Source of the DNA: an uncultured Candidatus Saccharibacteria bacterium
GTDB lineage: Bacteria; Patescibacteriota; Saccharimonadia; Saccharimonadales; Saccharimonadaceae
DNA: 64,000 nt
NCBI GenBank assembly: GCA_946406645.1
Contig: CAMJLD010000002.1
Location: 6,974 to 70,973, forward strand
Direction: 5' to 3'
Within the stretch, counting starts at the first letter, position 1. The number at the start of each line of letters is the position of its first letter. This document shows positions 8,408-18,554 of this stretch, piece after piece. Position numbers and translations under genes: made by a program. The notes beneath the pieces are model-generated. The model ran no database searches. It had not been told where the DNA came from and saw only the letters and a list, made by a program, of their open reading frames with translations.

Positions 8408-8431
8408 AAACCATATAAATATATGGTTTTT
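8406..8431 (+). terminator. Rho-independent terminator
   Basis: AAAAACCATAT-aaat-ATATGGTTTTT. A second hairpin lies at about 8438-8470 (AAGGGCCTTAGAA/TTCTAGGGCCCTT). Confidence 0.6.
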
Positions 8432-8538
8432 GGTTCAGAAGGGCCTTAGAAGCGATTCTAGGGCCCTTATACTTGATTTTTTGGGGTGAGTTGTGCTAAA
8501 ATAGTTATGTTATATAAAAAAGTTGAGGTAAATGTAAA

Positions 8539-10542
8539 ATGGCTGCAGCAGCTAAGAAGTCCGGTGGGGCCGATGAAGAGTACAATGCGTCCGAAATTCA
8601 GGTTTTGGAAGGGCTCGAGCCAGTGCGCAAGCGCCCTGGTATGTACATCGGCTCAACTGGTTTTGATGGCCTTCATCACCTTATCAAGGAGATTGCAGAC
8701 AACTCCATCGATGAGGCGATTGCCGGTTACGCTACCCATGTTAAGGTTACGCTCCTTAATGACGGTGGCTGCCGTGTCGACGATGACGGTCGTGGTATCC
8801 CTGTAGATATCCACCCAAAAACAAAATTATCTACACTAGAGACAGTATTAACAGTGCTCCACGCTGGCGGTAAGTTCGGCGGTGGTGGCTACAAGGTCTC
8901 ATCCGGTCTCCACGGTGTGGGCTCTTCGGTCGTGAACGCGCTTTCGACGCACATGATTGCAGAGGTCTACCGTGACGGCAAGATTAATCATATCGAGTTC
9001 GATACTGGTAAGACCGTGAAGCCTATCGAGGTTACTGGTTCAACTGACAAGCAGGGTACGAGCATTACGTTCTATCCTGATCCAGCAATCTTCAAGGAAA
9101 CGACAACCTTCGATTATGACTGGGTAGTGAACTATCTTCGCCACCAAGCATATTTGACGAAGGGTATCTTGACTTCCGTTCATGATGAGCGCACAGGCAA
9201 GACCGATTCCTTCTACTTCGAAGGCGGTATCAAGAGCTATGTCCGTCGCTTGAATGAGGGCAAGGAAGTGGTTTCGGACGATATTTTCTACGTCGAAAAA
9301 CAGGTTGAAGATAGTGGTGTCGAGATTGCAGTTCAGTATAATGATTCCTTCTCGGAAACGATGCGTCCATTCGCAAACAACGTGTTGACCCCAGATGGCG
9401 GTACTCACGTCGTTGGTTTCCGTACGGCAATGAATCGTGTTATTAATGATTACGCTCGTAAGAATGGTCTTCTTAAGGAAAAGGAAGACAACCTCACTGG
9501 CGACGATATTAAGGAAGGTCTCACCGCCGTTATCTTGGTGAAGCTTCCAGATCCACAGTTCGAAGGTCAGACCAAGAACAAGCTTGGCAACCCAGAGGTC
9601 CGTGGTTATGTTGATAAGGTTACGAGCGAATACTTCGCTTACTATCTTGAAGAGCATCCAGATATCGCAAAGAAGATTGTACAGAAAGCTACGCTTGCTG
9701 CGCGTGCACGCAAGGCTGCTCGTGCTGCTCGCGATAACGTTATCCGCAAGGGTGCGTTCGAAGGTCTCAACCTTCCATCGAAGCTCGCTGACTGTTCTTC
9801 GCGCGATCGTACCGAATGTGAGCTCTTCATCGTAGAGGGTAACTCCGCTGCCGGTTCCGCAAAGGAAGGTCGCGATTCGAAGATTCAGGCAATCTTGCCG
9901 CTTCGTGGTAAGGTGCTTAACACCGAGCGCGCACGTCTCGATAAGATGTTCGCGAACGCCGAGATTGTTTCGCTTATCAAGGCACTTGGCGTTGGTATTG
10001 GTGATACCTTTGATATTAATGGTCTGCGTTATTACAAGATTGTGTTCATGACGGATGCCGATGTCGATGGTGCGCATATCTCAACTTTGCTCCTCACATT
10101 CTTCTTCCGCTACATGCCAGAGGTTATCAAGGCTGGTCACGTTTATCTCGCGAAGCCGCCTCTATTTGGCCTCATTAAAGGCACGGGTAACACTCGTAAA
10201 ATTGAATATATCTATAACGAGGAAGCACTCGAACAGACGCTCGCAAAGCGTATCGAAGAGCGCAAGGTTGCCGGTACGAAGATTAACCCAGAGGACGAAA
10301 CCTTCAAGCAGGCTGGCTACACCGCGCAGCAGCGCTTTAAGGGTCTCGGCGAGATGGACGCAGCTCAGCTCTGGGAGACCACGATGAACCCAGCAAATCG
10401 TACGCTTATCCGCGTGAACATTGAGGATGCCGAGAAGGCTGACGCAATCTTTACCAAGTTGATGGGCGACGAAGCAGAACTCCGTAAAAACTTTATTCAA
10501 TCGAGAGCGGCCACGGTCGACTTGGATGATTTGGACTTCTAG
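8539..10542 (+). CDS. gyrB: DNA gyrase subunit B
   Basis: 667 aa. YNASEIQVLEGLEPVRKRPGMYIGST, a GHKL ATPase domain, and Toprim EL(F)IVEGNSAGGSAK...DADVDGAHI. Confidence 0.97.
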   Translation: MAAAAKKSGGADEEYNASEIQVLEGLEPVRKRPGMYIGSTGFDGLHHLIKEIADNSIDEAIAGYATHVKVTLLNDGGCRVDDDGRGIPVDIHPKTKLSTLETVLTVLHAGGKFGGGGYKVSSGLHGVGSSVVNALSTHMIAEVYRDGKINHIEFDTGKTVKPIEVTGSTDKQGTSITFYPDPAIFKETTTFDYDWVVNYLRHQAYLTKGILTSVHDERTGKTDSFYFEGGIKSYVRRLNEGKEVVSDDIFYVEKQVEDSGVEIAVQYNDSFSETMRPFANNVLTPDGGTHVVGFRTAMNRVINDYARKNGLLKEKEDNLTGDDIKEGLTAVILVKLPDPQFEGQTKNKLGNPEVRGYVDKVTSEYFAYYLEEHPDIAKKIVQKATLAARARKAARAARDNVIRKGAFEGLNLPSKLADCSSRDRTECELFIVEGNSAAGSAKEGRDSKIQAILPLRGKVLNTERARLDKMFANAEIVSLIKALGVGIGDTFDINGLRYYKIVFMTDADVDGAHISTLLLTFFFRYMPEVIKAGHVYLAKPPLFGLIKGTGNTRKIEYIYNEEALEQTLAKRIEERKVAGTKINPEDETFKQAGYTAQQRFKGLGEMDAAQLWETTMNPANRTLIRVNIEDAEKADAIFTKLMGDEAELRKNFIQSRAATVDLDDLDF

Positions 10543-10555
10543 GAGGGAATGAACT

Positions 10556-13219
10556 ATGGTAGACAAGAAAAAACAGATTGAAAATCCAGAAGACGAGCGC
10601 GACGAGAGCAAAGTCGGTAACGTGCCAGATAGCGCGGACGACAAAGGCGTCGACGAAACGCTCGGAACCACCACTCCTGACGAAGAAGAAATCGTGAAGG
10701 TCGGTGGCCTCAAGGCGCATCTCGCTGAAGATGGCGTCGAGGAATTGACGGTTGAGAACGTGATGGAAGATAGCTTCCTTCGCTATTCGATGTCCGTGCT
10801 TATCGATCGCGCACTCCCAGATGTACGCGATGGTCTCAAGCCGGTGAATCGCCGTATTCTTTATGCAATGAACAAAAATGGTTGGAAGGCCCCACATGCG
10901 ACGGTAAAGTCCGCTCGTATCGTCGGTGAAGTGATGGGTAAATACCACCCGCACGGTGATTCCTCCATTTATGATTCGATGGTGAACCTCGCTCAGCCTT
11001 GGAAGATGCGCTATACGCTCGTCGAAGGTCAGGGTAACTTCGGTTCGATGGACGGTGATGAACCAGCTGCTTCGCGTTACACCGAGGCTCGTATGGATAA
11101 GGTTGGTGCTGAGCTCCTAACCGATATTGAGAAGAACACTGTTGATTTCCGCGATAACTTCGATGGTACCGAACAGGAACCAGTGGTGCTCCCAGCAGCG
11201 CTCCCGAACATTCTTTTGAATGGTCAGATGGGTATTGCTGTCGGTATGGCAACTAATATTCCGCCACATAACCTCGGTGAGGTCGTGGATGCGACGATTG
11301 CTCAGATTGACAATCCAGATATTACGCTCGAAGAGCTCATGAAGCACGTGAAGGGTCCAGACTTCCCAACAGGTGCCGAGGTCTACGGCGGCGCACCGAT
11401 GAAGCAGGCCTACGCAACTGGTCGCGGTTCGGTGACGATTCGCGCTATTGCGAATATTGAAGAGAAGAAGAACGGTCGCTTCAACATTGTTATTACAGAG
11501 GTGCCTTACGGCATGAGCAAGGAAGCCTTCGTCGATAAGGTACGCGAGCTCGTGATGGCAAAGAAGCTTGATCATATCGCTGATGCGCGCGACGAGTCCG
11601 CTCGTGGTAAGGTGCGCGTCGTAGTCGAGCTCAAGAAGGACGCCTTCCCGAAGAAGATTTTGAACCAGCTCTATAAGCTTACCGGTCTTCAGACGAGCTT
11701 CCATTATAATGTGCTCGCGCTCATTGACGGCATTCAGCCAAAGGTGATGGGTCTCAAGGAGATTCTCGCGGAGTTTATTAAGCACCGCCAGAAGGTGGTT
11801 CGCCGCCGTACGGAGTTTGACCTCCAGAAGGCGAAGGAACGCGCTCATATCCTCGAAGGTTTGAAGATTGCTCTCGATCATATCGATGAGGTGATTAAGA
11901 CGATTCGCGAATCCTATGACGACGCAGATAAGCGCCTCATGGAACGCTTCGGCCTCTCTGAGGTTCAGGCTGCCGCTATCTTGGCTATGCAGCTTCGTCG
12001 CCTCCAGGGTCTCGAACGCGATAAGATCGAGAATGAACTCAAGGAACTCCATGAGCTTATCGCTAAGCTCGAGGCAATTCTTGCTTCCGAACAGGCTATT
12101 CTCGACGTTATCAAGGAAGAACTCCTTGCTATGAAAGAGAAGTATGGCGATCCTCGCCGCAGTAAGATTATTAATCACGAGCTCGGTAAGTTCGCTGAGG
12201 AAGATTTGATCCCAGATGAGGAGAGCGTGGTGCTTCTTACCGCACAGGGCTACGTCAAGCGTGTCCTCCAGAATGACTTCAAGAAGCAGAACCGTGGTGG
12301 CAAGGGTCGCCGTGGTATGACGACCAAGGAAGAAGATGTGATTGATACGATTATTACGGCTAACTCGCACGACTTCTTGCTATTCTTCACGAACCAAGGT
12401 CGCATTTTCCGCATCAAGGCTTACGAAATCCCACAGTCTTCGCTTGTCGCGAAGGGTACGGCATCGGTGAACTTGCTCAGCTTGCACCCAGAGGAGAAGA
12501 TTACCTCGGTGATTAAGCAGGGTACGGAAGCCGGCGAAGATGGTTATCTCTTCATGGCGACGACCAAGGGTACGATTAAGAAGACCTCGCTTAAGGATTA
12601 TGCAAATATCCGCACGAACGGCCTCATCACGATTAAGCTCGATGATGGCGACGAACTTCGCTGGGTCCGCGGTACGACTGGCGAGAATGACATTATCATC
12701 TCGACCTCGGCTGGCCAGGCGGTCCGCTTCAACGAGAAGGATGTGCGCCCAATGGGCCGCGCTGCTCGCGGTGTCCGTGGCGTGCGTCTGCGTCCGAACG
12801 ATACAGTGGTCGGCATGGACGTCGTATCTGACCCAGAGAACCAGAAGTTGATTGTTATTTCGACGAAGGGTTACGGCAAGATGACGGCTGCGACGAACTT
12901 CCCACCACACAAGCGTGGCGGTGTTGGCGTCAAGGTGGCCGCGATTACCTCTAAGACTGGTCCAATCGCAGCGGTTCATACGCTCGATCCAGAGGCCAAA
13001 GAGGTGATTATGATGTCTACCGGCGGTCAGGCGATTCGCGTCGCGGTCAAGGATATTCCAACCTTGGGTCGCGCAACGCAGGGTGTCCGCGTGATGCGCC
13101 TCAATGACGGTGATGCAGTCGCTTCAATCGGTATTCTCCCGAAGGAAGAAGAGGAAGAAGCTGCTGAAGCTCTAGCTGACGAGAAGCCAGCTAAGGCCGA
13201 AAAAGCAGAGAAAAAGTAA
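10556..13219 (+). CDS. gyrA: DNA gyrase subunit A
   Basis: 887 aa. SVLIDRALPDVRDGLKPVNRRILYAM, AARYTE-like active-site region (ASRYTEARM), C-terminal beta-pinwheel repeats, and SD GGAGGG upstream. Confidence 0.97.
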   Translation: MVDKKKQIENPEDERDESKVGNVPDSADDKGVDETLGTTTPDEEEIVKVGGLKAHLAEDGVEELTVENVMEDSFLRYSMSVLIDRALPDVRDGLKPVNRRILYAMNKNGWKAPHATVKSARIVGEVMGKYHPHGDSSIYDSMVNLAQPWKMRYTLVEGQGNFGSMDGDEPAASRYTEARMDKVGAELLTDIEKNTVDFRDNFDGTEQEPVVLPAALPNILLNGQMGIAVGMATNIPPHNLGEVVDATIAQIDNPDITLEELMKHVKGPDFPTGAEVYGGAPMKQAYATGRGSVTIRAIANIEEKKNGRFNIVITEVPYGMSKEAFVDKVRELVMAKKLDHIADARDESARGKVRVVVELKKDAFPKKILNQLYKLTGLQTSFHYNVLALIDGIQPKVMGLKEILAEFIKHRQKVVRRRTEFDLQKAKERAHILEGLKIALDHIDEVIKTIRESYDDADKRLMERFGLSEVQAAAILAMQLRRLQGLERDKIENELKELHELIAKLEAILASEQAILDVIKEELLAMKEKYGDPRRSKIINHELGKFAEEDLIPDEESVVLLTAQGYVKRVLQNDFKKQNRGGKGRRGMTTKEEDVIDTIITANSHDFLLFFTNQGRIFRIKAYEIPQSSLVAKGTASVNLLSLHPEEKITSVIKQGTEAGEDGYLFMATTKGTIKKTSLKDYANIRTNGLITIKLDDGDELRWVRGTTGENDIIISTSAGQAVRFNEKDVRPMGRAARGVRGVRLRPNDTVVGMDVVSDPENQKLIVISTKGYGKMTAATNFPPHKRGGVGVKVAAITSKTGPIAAVHTLDPEAKEVIMMSTGGQAIRVAVKDIPTLGRATQGVRVMRLNDGDAVASIGILPKEEEEEAAEALADEKPAKAEKAEKK

Positions 13220-13234
13220 CATAGTTACTCGAGA

Positions 13235-13262
13235 AATACCCCTGGCAAACGGGGGTATTTTT
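13235..13262 (+). terminator. Rho-independent terminator after gyrA
   Basis: AATACCCC-tggcaaacg-GGGGTATT followed by a T-run. Confidence 0.65.
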
Positions 13263-13281
13263 GTTGTGATAAAATATAGGT

Positions 13282-13728
13282 ATGGAAAACATAGAAGGGC
13301 TCGGTGGGCTACTAGCGTTCGTAATCGGATGGTTTGTAGCGCAGACCGGTAAATTGATTGGGGATTTGATTAAGAATAAGGGGCGCATGAGCGGCCGGGA
13401 GATATTTGACTGCTTCTTCCGCAGTGGAGGCATGCCTAGCGGCCACACAGCGAGCTTTACGGGCCTTTCGACCTTCTTTATTGGTCAATATGGTGTTTTT
13501 GCGCCAATTACCGTCCTAGCGCTTTGTATGACGGTCATAGTGGTATATGATGCGGTGAATGTCCGCTACGCCGTGGGTGAGCAGGGTAAAGTTATCAATC
13601 TCATGATTATGGACCGTAATTATAAGAAGAAAAAGGTGAAGGTTGTTGAGGGGCACACGGTGCCACAGGTGATTGTCGGGGCGATTCTAGGTATCGCGAT
13701 CGGCACTATCATGGCGCTTTGCTTCTAG
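13282..13728 (+). CDS. divergent PAP2 (acid phosphatase/vanadium haloperoxidase-related, YuiD-like) membrane protein
   Basis: 148 aa. GGMPSGHTA and VVEGHTVPQVIVGAILG motifs typical of the DUF212/divergent-PAP2 family. Confidence 0.65.
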   Translation: MENIEGLGGLLAFVIGWFVAQTGKLIGDLIKNKGRMSGREIFDCFFRSGGMPSGHTASFTGLSTFFIGQYGVFAPITVLALCMTVIVVYDAVNVRYAVGEQGKVINLMIMDRNYKKKKVKVVEGHTVPQVIVGAILGIAIGTIMALCF

Positions 13729-13753
13729 TCCTATAGGTTTTTCTGGAGCATAT

Positions 13754-13783
13754 AAAGTTGAACTTTTCGAAAAGTTCAACTTT
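13754..13783. repeat. 30-bp perfect palindrome AAAGTTGAACTTTTCGAAAAGTTCAACTTT, copy 1
   Basis: Identical sequence at 15825-15854 and 63816-63845. It is flanked by A- and T-runs, giving a bidirectional terminator-like hairpin. Confidence 0.9.
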
Positions 13784-13883
13784 TTTTGGGTTGGTGGAGG
13801 GGCTGAAATGTGCGTTTAAAATGGTTATGCTAGGGGTAGGGCAGAAAAAACGCAAAAAAGTCAAAAAATCTCAAAAAAAGTGC

Positions 13884-13912
13884 TTGACTTGGCCTGCTGG
13901 ATGGTATAAGAT
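13884..13912 (+). promoter_or_regulatory. 16S rRNA promoter with upstream phased A-tracts
   Basis: TTGACT (13884-13889), then TGg-TATAAG / TAAGAT -10 candidates (13905-13912). It is preceded by four A6-7 tracts at roughly 10-bp spacing (13843-13880). Confidence 0.55.
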
Positions 13913-13975
13913 AGGAGATAGTTTTAACTGCGAGGTGGTCCGATTCCGGATGCTTGTTAGTTAAGGCTCAAGTTT

Positions 13976-13996
13976 TTTAACAATTTAGTGTGCAAT
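13976..13996 (+). other. 5' strand of 16S processing (RNase III-type) helix
   Basis: TTTAACAATTTAGTGTGCAAT is complementary (21 bp, one G:U) to 15666-15686 ATTGCACGCTAAATTGTTAAA. Together they enclose the 16S gene. Confidence 0.7.
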
Positions 13997-14047
13997 TAAT
14001 TATCAACGTCAGTCTTTTATTTTAAATTGAGTTTTCAAATTCAAAAT

Positions 14048-15524
<1,477 letters not shown>

Positions 15525-15665
15525 TAGAGAAGGATAAGATGCGCAGATTGTAGCAATATAATCTGTAGCTAGGTCGGTTGTAGTAGTAGATATAAGCTTG
15601 ATCTATTACAATTCTAGCTTCGGCTAGATGCAACAAAAGCTATCAGAGAAACCGCGTTGTTCTTG

Positions 15666-15686
15666 ATTGCACGCTAAATTGTTAAA
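15666..15686 (+). other. 3' strand of 16S processing helix
   Basis: Complement of 13976-13996 (see that feature). Confidence 0.7.
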
Positions 15687-15687
15687 C

Positions 15688-15716
15688 AAAAACCGCCCGT
15701 TCGAGGGCGGTTTTTT
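15688..15716 (+). terminator. Rho-independent terminator directly after 16S
   Basis: AAAAACCGCCC-gttcga-GGGCGGTTTTTT. Confidence 0.75.
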
Positions 15717-15824
15717 GTAGTTTATATCTTATAGCCCAAGGCTTTTAAGGGCGTTTGCTGCTGTCGCTATTACCGCGATTACAAGACTAAAGGGGATAGC
15801 TGTGTTTTTTATCTGGGAGCGGAT

Positions 15825-15854
15825 AAAGTTGAACTTTTCGAAAAGTTCAACTTT
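15825..15854. repeat. 30-bp perfect palindrome, copy 2
   Basis: Identical to 13754-13783. Here it extends to 34 bp (ATAAAG...CTTTAT, 15823-15856). Confidence 0.9.
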
Positions 15855-15920
15855 ATTGGGTCTGACAAAAAACGTTGGAGAGGGCCTAAATATTGTTGTA
15901 AAAAATACAGAAACAGATGA

Positions 15921-15950
15921 AAAATCCCCCAATTGTGCGACTTGGGGGAT
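15921..15950 (-). terminator. terminator of minus-strand gene 15983-16336
   Basis: On the minus strand: ATCCCCCAA-gtcgcacaa-TTGGGGGAT followed by TTTTT. Confidence 0.5.
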
Positions 15951-15982
15951 TAGGACATGCGTTAGAGTCTAGTAGAGCAGGC

Positions 15983-16336
15983 TTACTGGCTGGGGGTCAT
16001 TTGTTGTGGATCTTGCCAGAAATCGTCGTGGTCGTCGTCATTATTATTGTTGTTGCTGATGGGCGTAACGGTTGCGGGGTCGTCTTCCGCTTCGTCATCA
16101 TCATCGTCTTTTTCGCGGTCGAGAACCTTTTGTACTTCTCTCATAGCATCCGGATAGCTGCCGCCCTTAGCCCAAAAGGCGTAATCGTTCGGGTGGGGTA
16201 GTATGCCCTTATTATAGAGCTGTATCGCCTCTGAAAAAGTTGGAACGTGGCCTTGCTCTCTCGCGACCGTCAGTAGCAACTCTAGTGCGTTAAGTGCCTC
16301 TCCGGAATAGTGTTCTGAAAATTTGTGTTGTGTCAT
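15983..16336 (-). CDS. hypothetical small protein with poly-Asp/Asn acidic tail
   Basis: Start chosen at ATG 16336 (MTQHKFSEHYSG...), preceded by SD GAGGAGG. The C-terminus is DREKDDDDDEAEDD...NNNNNDDDHDDFW. The track's longer ORF (to 16420) has no SD. Confidence 0.55.
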   Translation of the reverse strand: MTQHKFSEHYSGEALNALELLLTVAREQGHVPTFSEAIQLYNKGILPHPNDYAFWAKGGSYPDAMREVQKVLDREKDDDDDEAEDDPATVTPISNNNNNDDDHDDFWQDPQQMTPSQ

Positions 16337-16730
16337 AAAAACACCTCCTCTTTGCCCCTTATTTCGCTCTAGAAGACTCCTAAACGCTCGAAACGAGCAT
16401 CGACCAGTCCTAATGGTCAACTGCCCTCAAAATACAAGATAATTGCCGATTATGCAAGCATAAGGGATATGCTGGCGTAAATGACTATGCGCGAGCGTTC
16501 GTGTTTGCGAATGCCGACGCGCAAAAAGCCGGCCGGGATCGGCCGGAAAATGTGCGTCGTGGCGGGCCGGAATGTGCGGCGCTTCGTGTTGAAATTTGAA
16601 TGTGGCGTTGGCGCGATGCGTGTCGAACGTTGGCATGGCGCGCGGCAAAATGCGGGCAGGGCGTTGGTAAAAAAATGGCAGTGCGCGGGAACGAATTTTG
16701 GCAAAAATGTGGCCGAAAAATCAGGCCATC

Positions 16731-16889
16731 AAAAAAGCTCCGAATTCAGTGCACCGTGACCATTGAAACACGAATTTTGTCACGCTAGAACCGGAGCTTA
16801 TAAAAGGTGTTTGTGTTTTTTGTGTTTTTATAAGTTTTTGTTTTTGAGAATAGTGCGGCTTTTATGTTCTGCGAATAAACACAAAAGCT
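16731..16889 (-). ncRNA. candidate small RNA (promoter-to-terminator unit, no ORF)
   Basis: It lies downstream of the minus-strand consensus promoter at 16896-16924. The RNA would be A-rich and then form AAGCUCCG...CGGAGCUU (plus 16792-16799 / 16735-16742) enclosing CGUGAC/GUCACG, followed by a U-run. No SD or ORF. Confidence 0.25.
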
Positions 16890-16895
16890 ATTTTT

Positions 16896-16924
16896 AGTAT
16901 AAGCGGAATCCAGTGGATTGTCAA
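16896..16924 (-). promoter_or_regulatory. consensus sigma70 promoter on minus strand
   Basis: The reverse complement reads TTGACA (16924-16919), 17-nt spacer ATCCACTGGATTCCGCT, TATACT (16901-16896). The spacer contains the palindrome AATCCA-c-TGGATT. Confidence 0.5.
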
Positions 16925-17172
16925 TAGTATTGTATAAGATTTTTATACAAAATTAACAGGGGTGAAAATGTGGAAAACTAAAAAAGTCCAAAAAAAGTCT
17001 CAAAAAAGTCGGGCTAAATGTGAGGCAAAAATTGGCTCAAAAAATGGCCCTCGTGAACACGAAAATTTGGCAAAAATGGCGTCAAAATTTGCATAAAAAT
17101 GTGGGCCAAAATGGCCGCGATTTTGGGCCGATTTGGCCATGCAAAATGGCCGATTTCGCGGCCTTCGAGTTA

Positions 17173-17201
17173 ATGACTTGGCGGCCAAAATAATATAAAA
17201 T
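17173..17201 (+). promoter_or_regulatory. glmM promoter (probable leaderless transcript)
   Basis: ATGACT (17173-17178), 17-nt spacer, TAAAAT (17196-17201), then 6 nt to ATG 17208. Confidence 0.45.
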
Positions 17202-17207
17202 GGGTGT

Positions 17208-18554
17208 ATGGAAAAACGTATTTTTGGCGCGACTGATGGCATTCGTGGGCGTGTCGGTGAGGCGCCACTCAGACCAAAAATATTAGAGAATTTGGGCCGT
17301 CAAATTGCCAAAAAAGCATACGCCCAAAAAGTCTTAATGGGCCGCGACACGCGCGAAAGTGGCATATGGATGGCGGACTATTTGCAGGAAGGCTTGGAAG
17401 CCGAAGGCGCGAAAGTTGAGAACTTTGGCGTGCTGCCGACGCCAGCCGTACAGGCGGTTATTCAGAATTCTGGCGAGTATGATGCGGGCGTGATGCTGAC
17501 AGCGTCGCATAACCCGGCAACAGATAACGGTATTAAGGTGTTTGGTGCGGATGGCGACAAGATTACGGATGAGCAGGAACTTGCGATCGAGGAAGCTTAC
17601 TTCGCCGATAAGGTAGTAGACGACGAGGATGCGCCAGATGAGGTGCGTTTCGTGCCGGAGCTCAGAGAATCGTCTCTAAAGTTCTATGAGCAGCTTGTGG
17701 CGGAAAAGATTGGTGACAGGGGCTTTGACGGTCAGAAGGTTATTCTAGACGCCGCTAGTGGCGCAGGGCACGAGTTTTCGAAGAAGGTATTCGAGGAGTT
17801 CGAGCTAGAGGTTGAACAGATTGATCCAGAGCCGACCGGTAAGAATATTAATGATGGCTACGGTGCGCTTTATCCGGAGAAGCTGGCCGAAGAGACGCGT
17901 GAACAGGGGCTCATCGGGGTGGCGCTAGATGGCGATGCTGATAGGATCGTGCTTGCTGATGAAGAGGGGCGCATCTGGGATGGCGATCGTATCGTAATCT
18001 TGATTGCTGAGTATTTGAAGGGACTGGGGAAGCTGCCAGAGGATACGGTGGTGCTGACTGAATATAGTAATCTTGCAACGATTAATTACCTAGAGAATGA
18101 GGGCATCCATGTGGCGAAGGTCGTGAATGGCGACCGCGCGGTGGCACAGAAGTGCCGCGAGTTAGGCGGCATCCTTGGTGGCGAGTTGGCAGGCCATATC
18201 ATATATCTGCCGTGGCTAAGGGGTTCGGATGGTACCTTTATGGCACTAATGATTATGCGTATCGTTCAGGAGAGCGGCAAGAGGCTTGCTGACCTCTGGG
18301 CGGACTACGAGAATTTGCCGTCTCGCCAGTGGGGACTCTTCGTGAAGGAGAAGAAGCCAGTCGAGGAGATTCCGGGCTATAGCGAAGCTGTTCGCGAGGC
18401 TGAAGAGCGTTTCGCGGGTAAGGGGCGTGTATTTGTGCGCTATTCTGGCACGGAAAATAAAATTAGGATTCTCGTTGAAGGCGAAGATGACGCTTTGGTT
18501 GATGAGATCGGCGAAGGTTTAGCAAGTATTATTAAAAAGGAGATAGGGGTATGA
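17208..18554 (+). CDS. glmM: phosphoglucosamine mutase
   Basis: 448 aa. FGATDGIRGRVGE, the active-site TASHNPATDNGIKVFG, DGDADR, and a GTE..IR C-terminal motif. Confidence 0.85.
   Translation: MEKRIFGATDGIRGRVGEAPLRPKILENLGRQIAKKAYAQKVLMGRDTRESGIWMADYLQEGLEAEGAKVENFGVLPTPAVQAVIQNSGEYDAGVMLTASHNPATDNGIKVFGADGDKITDEQELAIEEAYFADKVVDDEDAPDEVRFVPELRESSLKFYEQLVAEKIGDRGFDGQKVILDAASGAGHEFSKKVFEEFELEVEQIDPEPTGKNINDGYGALYPEKLAEETREQGLIGVALDGDADRIVLADEEGRIWDGDRIVILIAEYLKGLGKLPEDTVVLTEYSNLATINYLENEGIHVAKVVNGDRAVAQKCRELGGILGGELAGHIIYLPWLRGSDGTFMALMIMRIVQESGKRLADLWADYENLPSRQWGLFVKEKKPVEEIPGYSEAVREAEERFAGKGRVFVRYSGTENKIRILVEGEDDALVDEIGEGLASIIKKEIGV

Larger units (their letters stand above)
16541..17160. 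repeat. degenerate motif array: at least 15 copies of GGC-A(4-6)-TG(K)GSC / AAAATGG, plus phased A-tracts
   Basis: Examples: GGCCGGAAAATGTGCG (16541), GGCCGGAATGTGCGGC (16566), GAATGTGGCG (16598), GGCAAAATGCGGGC (16644), AAAAATGGCAG (16671), GGCAAAAATGTGGCC (16700), GAAAATGTGG (16964), TAAATGTGAGGC (17015), AAAAATGGCCC (17040), GGCAAAAATGGCG (17069), AAAAATGTGGGCC (17095), CAAAATGGCCG (17107 and 17142). Confidence 0.6.

Noticed and set aside
9040-10077. Very long antisense ORFs inside well-supported genes: 9040-10077 in gyrB, 11117-12370 in gyrA, 28725-30353 in infB, 25269-26078 in rpsA, 23794-24702 opposite the ROK gene, 38296-39267 opposite ftsA/ftsZ, 21966-22673, and 26829-27485.
   Set aside because: Their products are low-complexity or Arg/Leu/His-rich with no recognisable motifs, and they lack SDs. 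Each fully overlaps a gene with strong family signatures on the other strand. This is the typical stop-poor antisense frame of codon-biased genes.
15729-15932. A 67-aa minus-strand ORF spanning palindrome copy 2 (and the analogous 13758-13964 plus-strand ORF spanning copy 1).
   Set aside because: Both start or run through the 30-bp palindrome and adjacent terminators and have no SD. The 13758 ORF covers the rRNA promoter.
16427-16788. Overlapping ORFs of 62-92 aa in the 16430-17207 intergenic region, and 17000-17242 on the minus strand.
   Set aside because: They have no SD and mutually overlap in several frames. The sequence is built from the repeated AAAATGKGG motif, which creates ATG/GTG starts by itself. 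The products are Arg/Cys/His-rich and implausible. One overlaps the glmM start.
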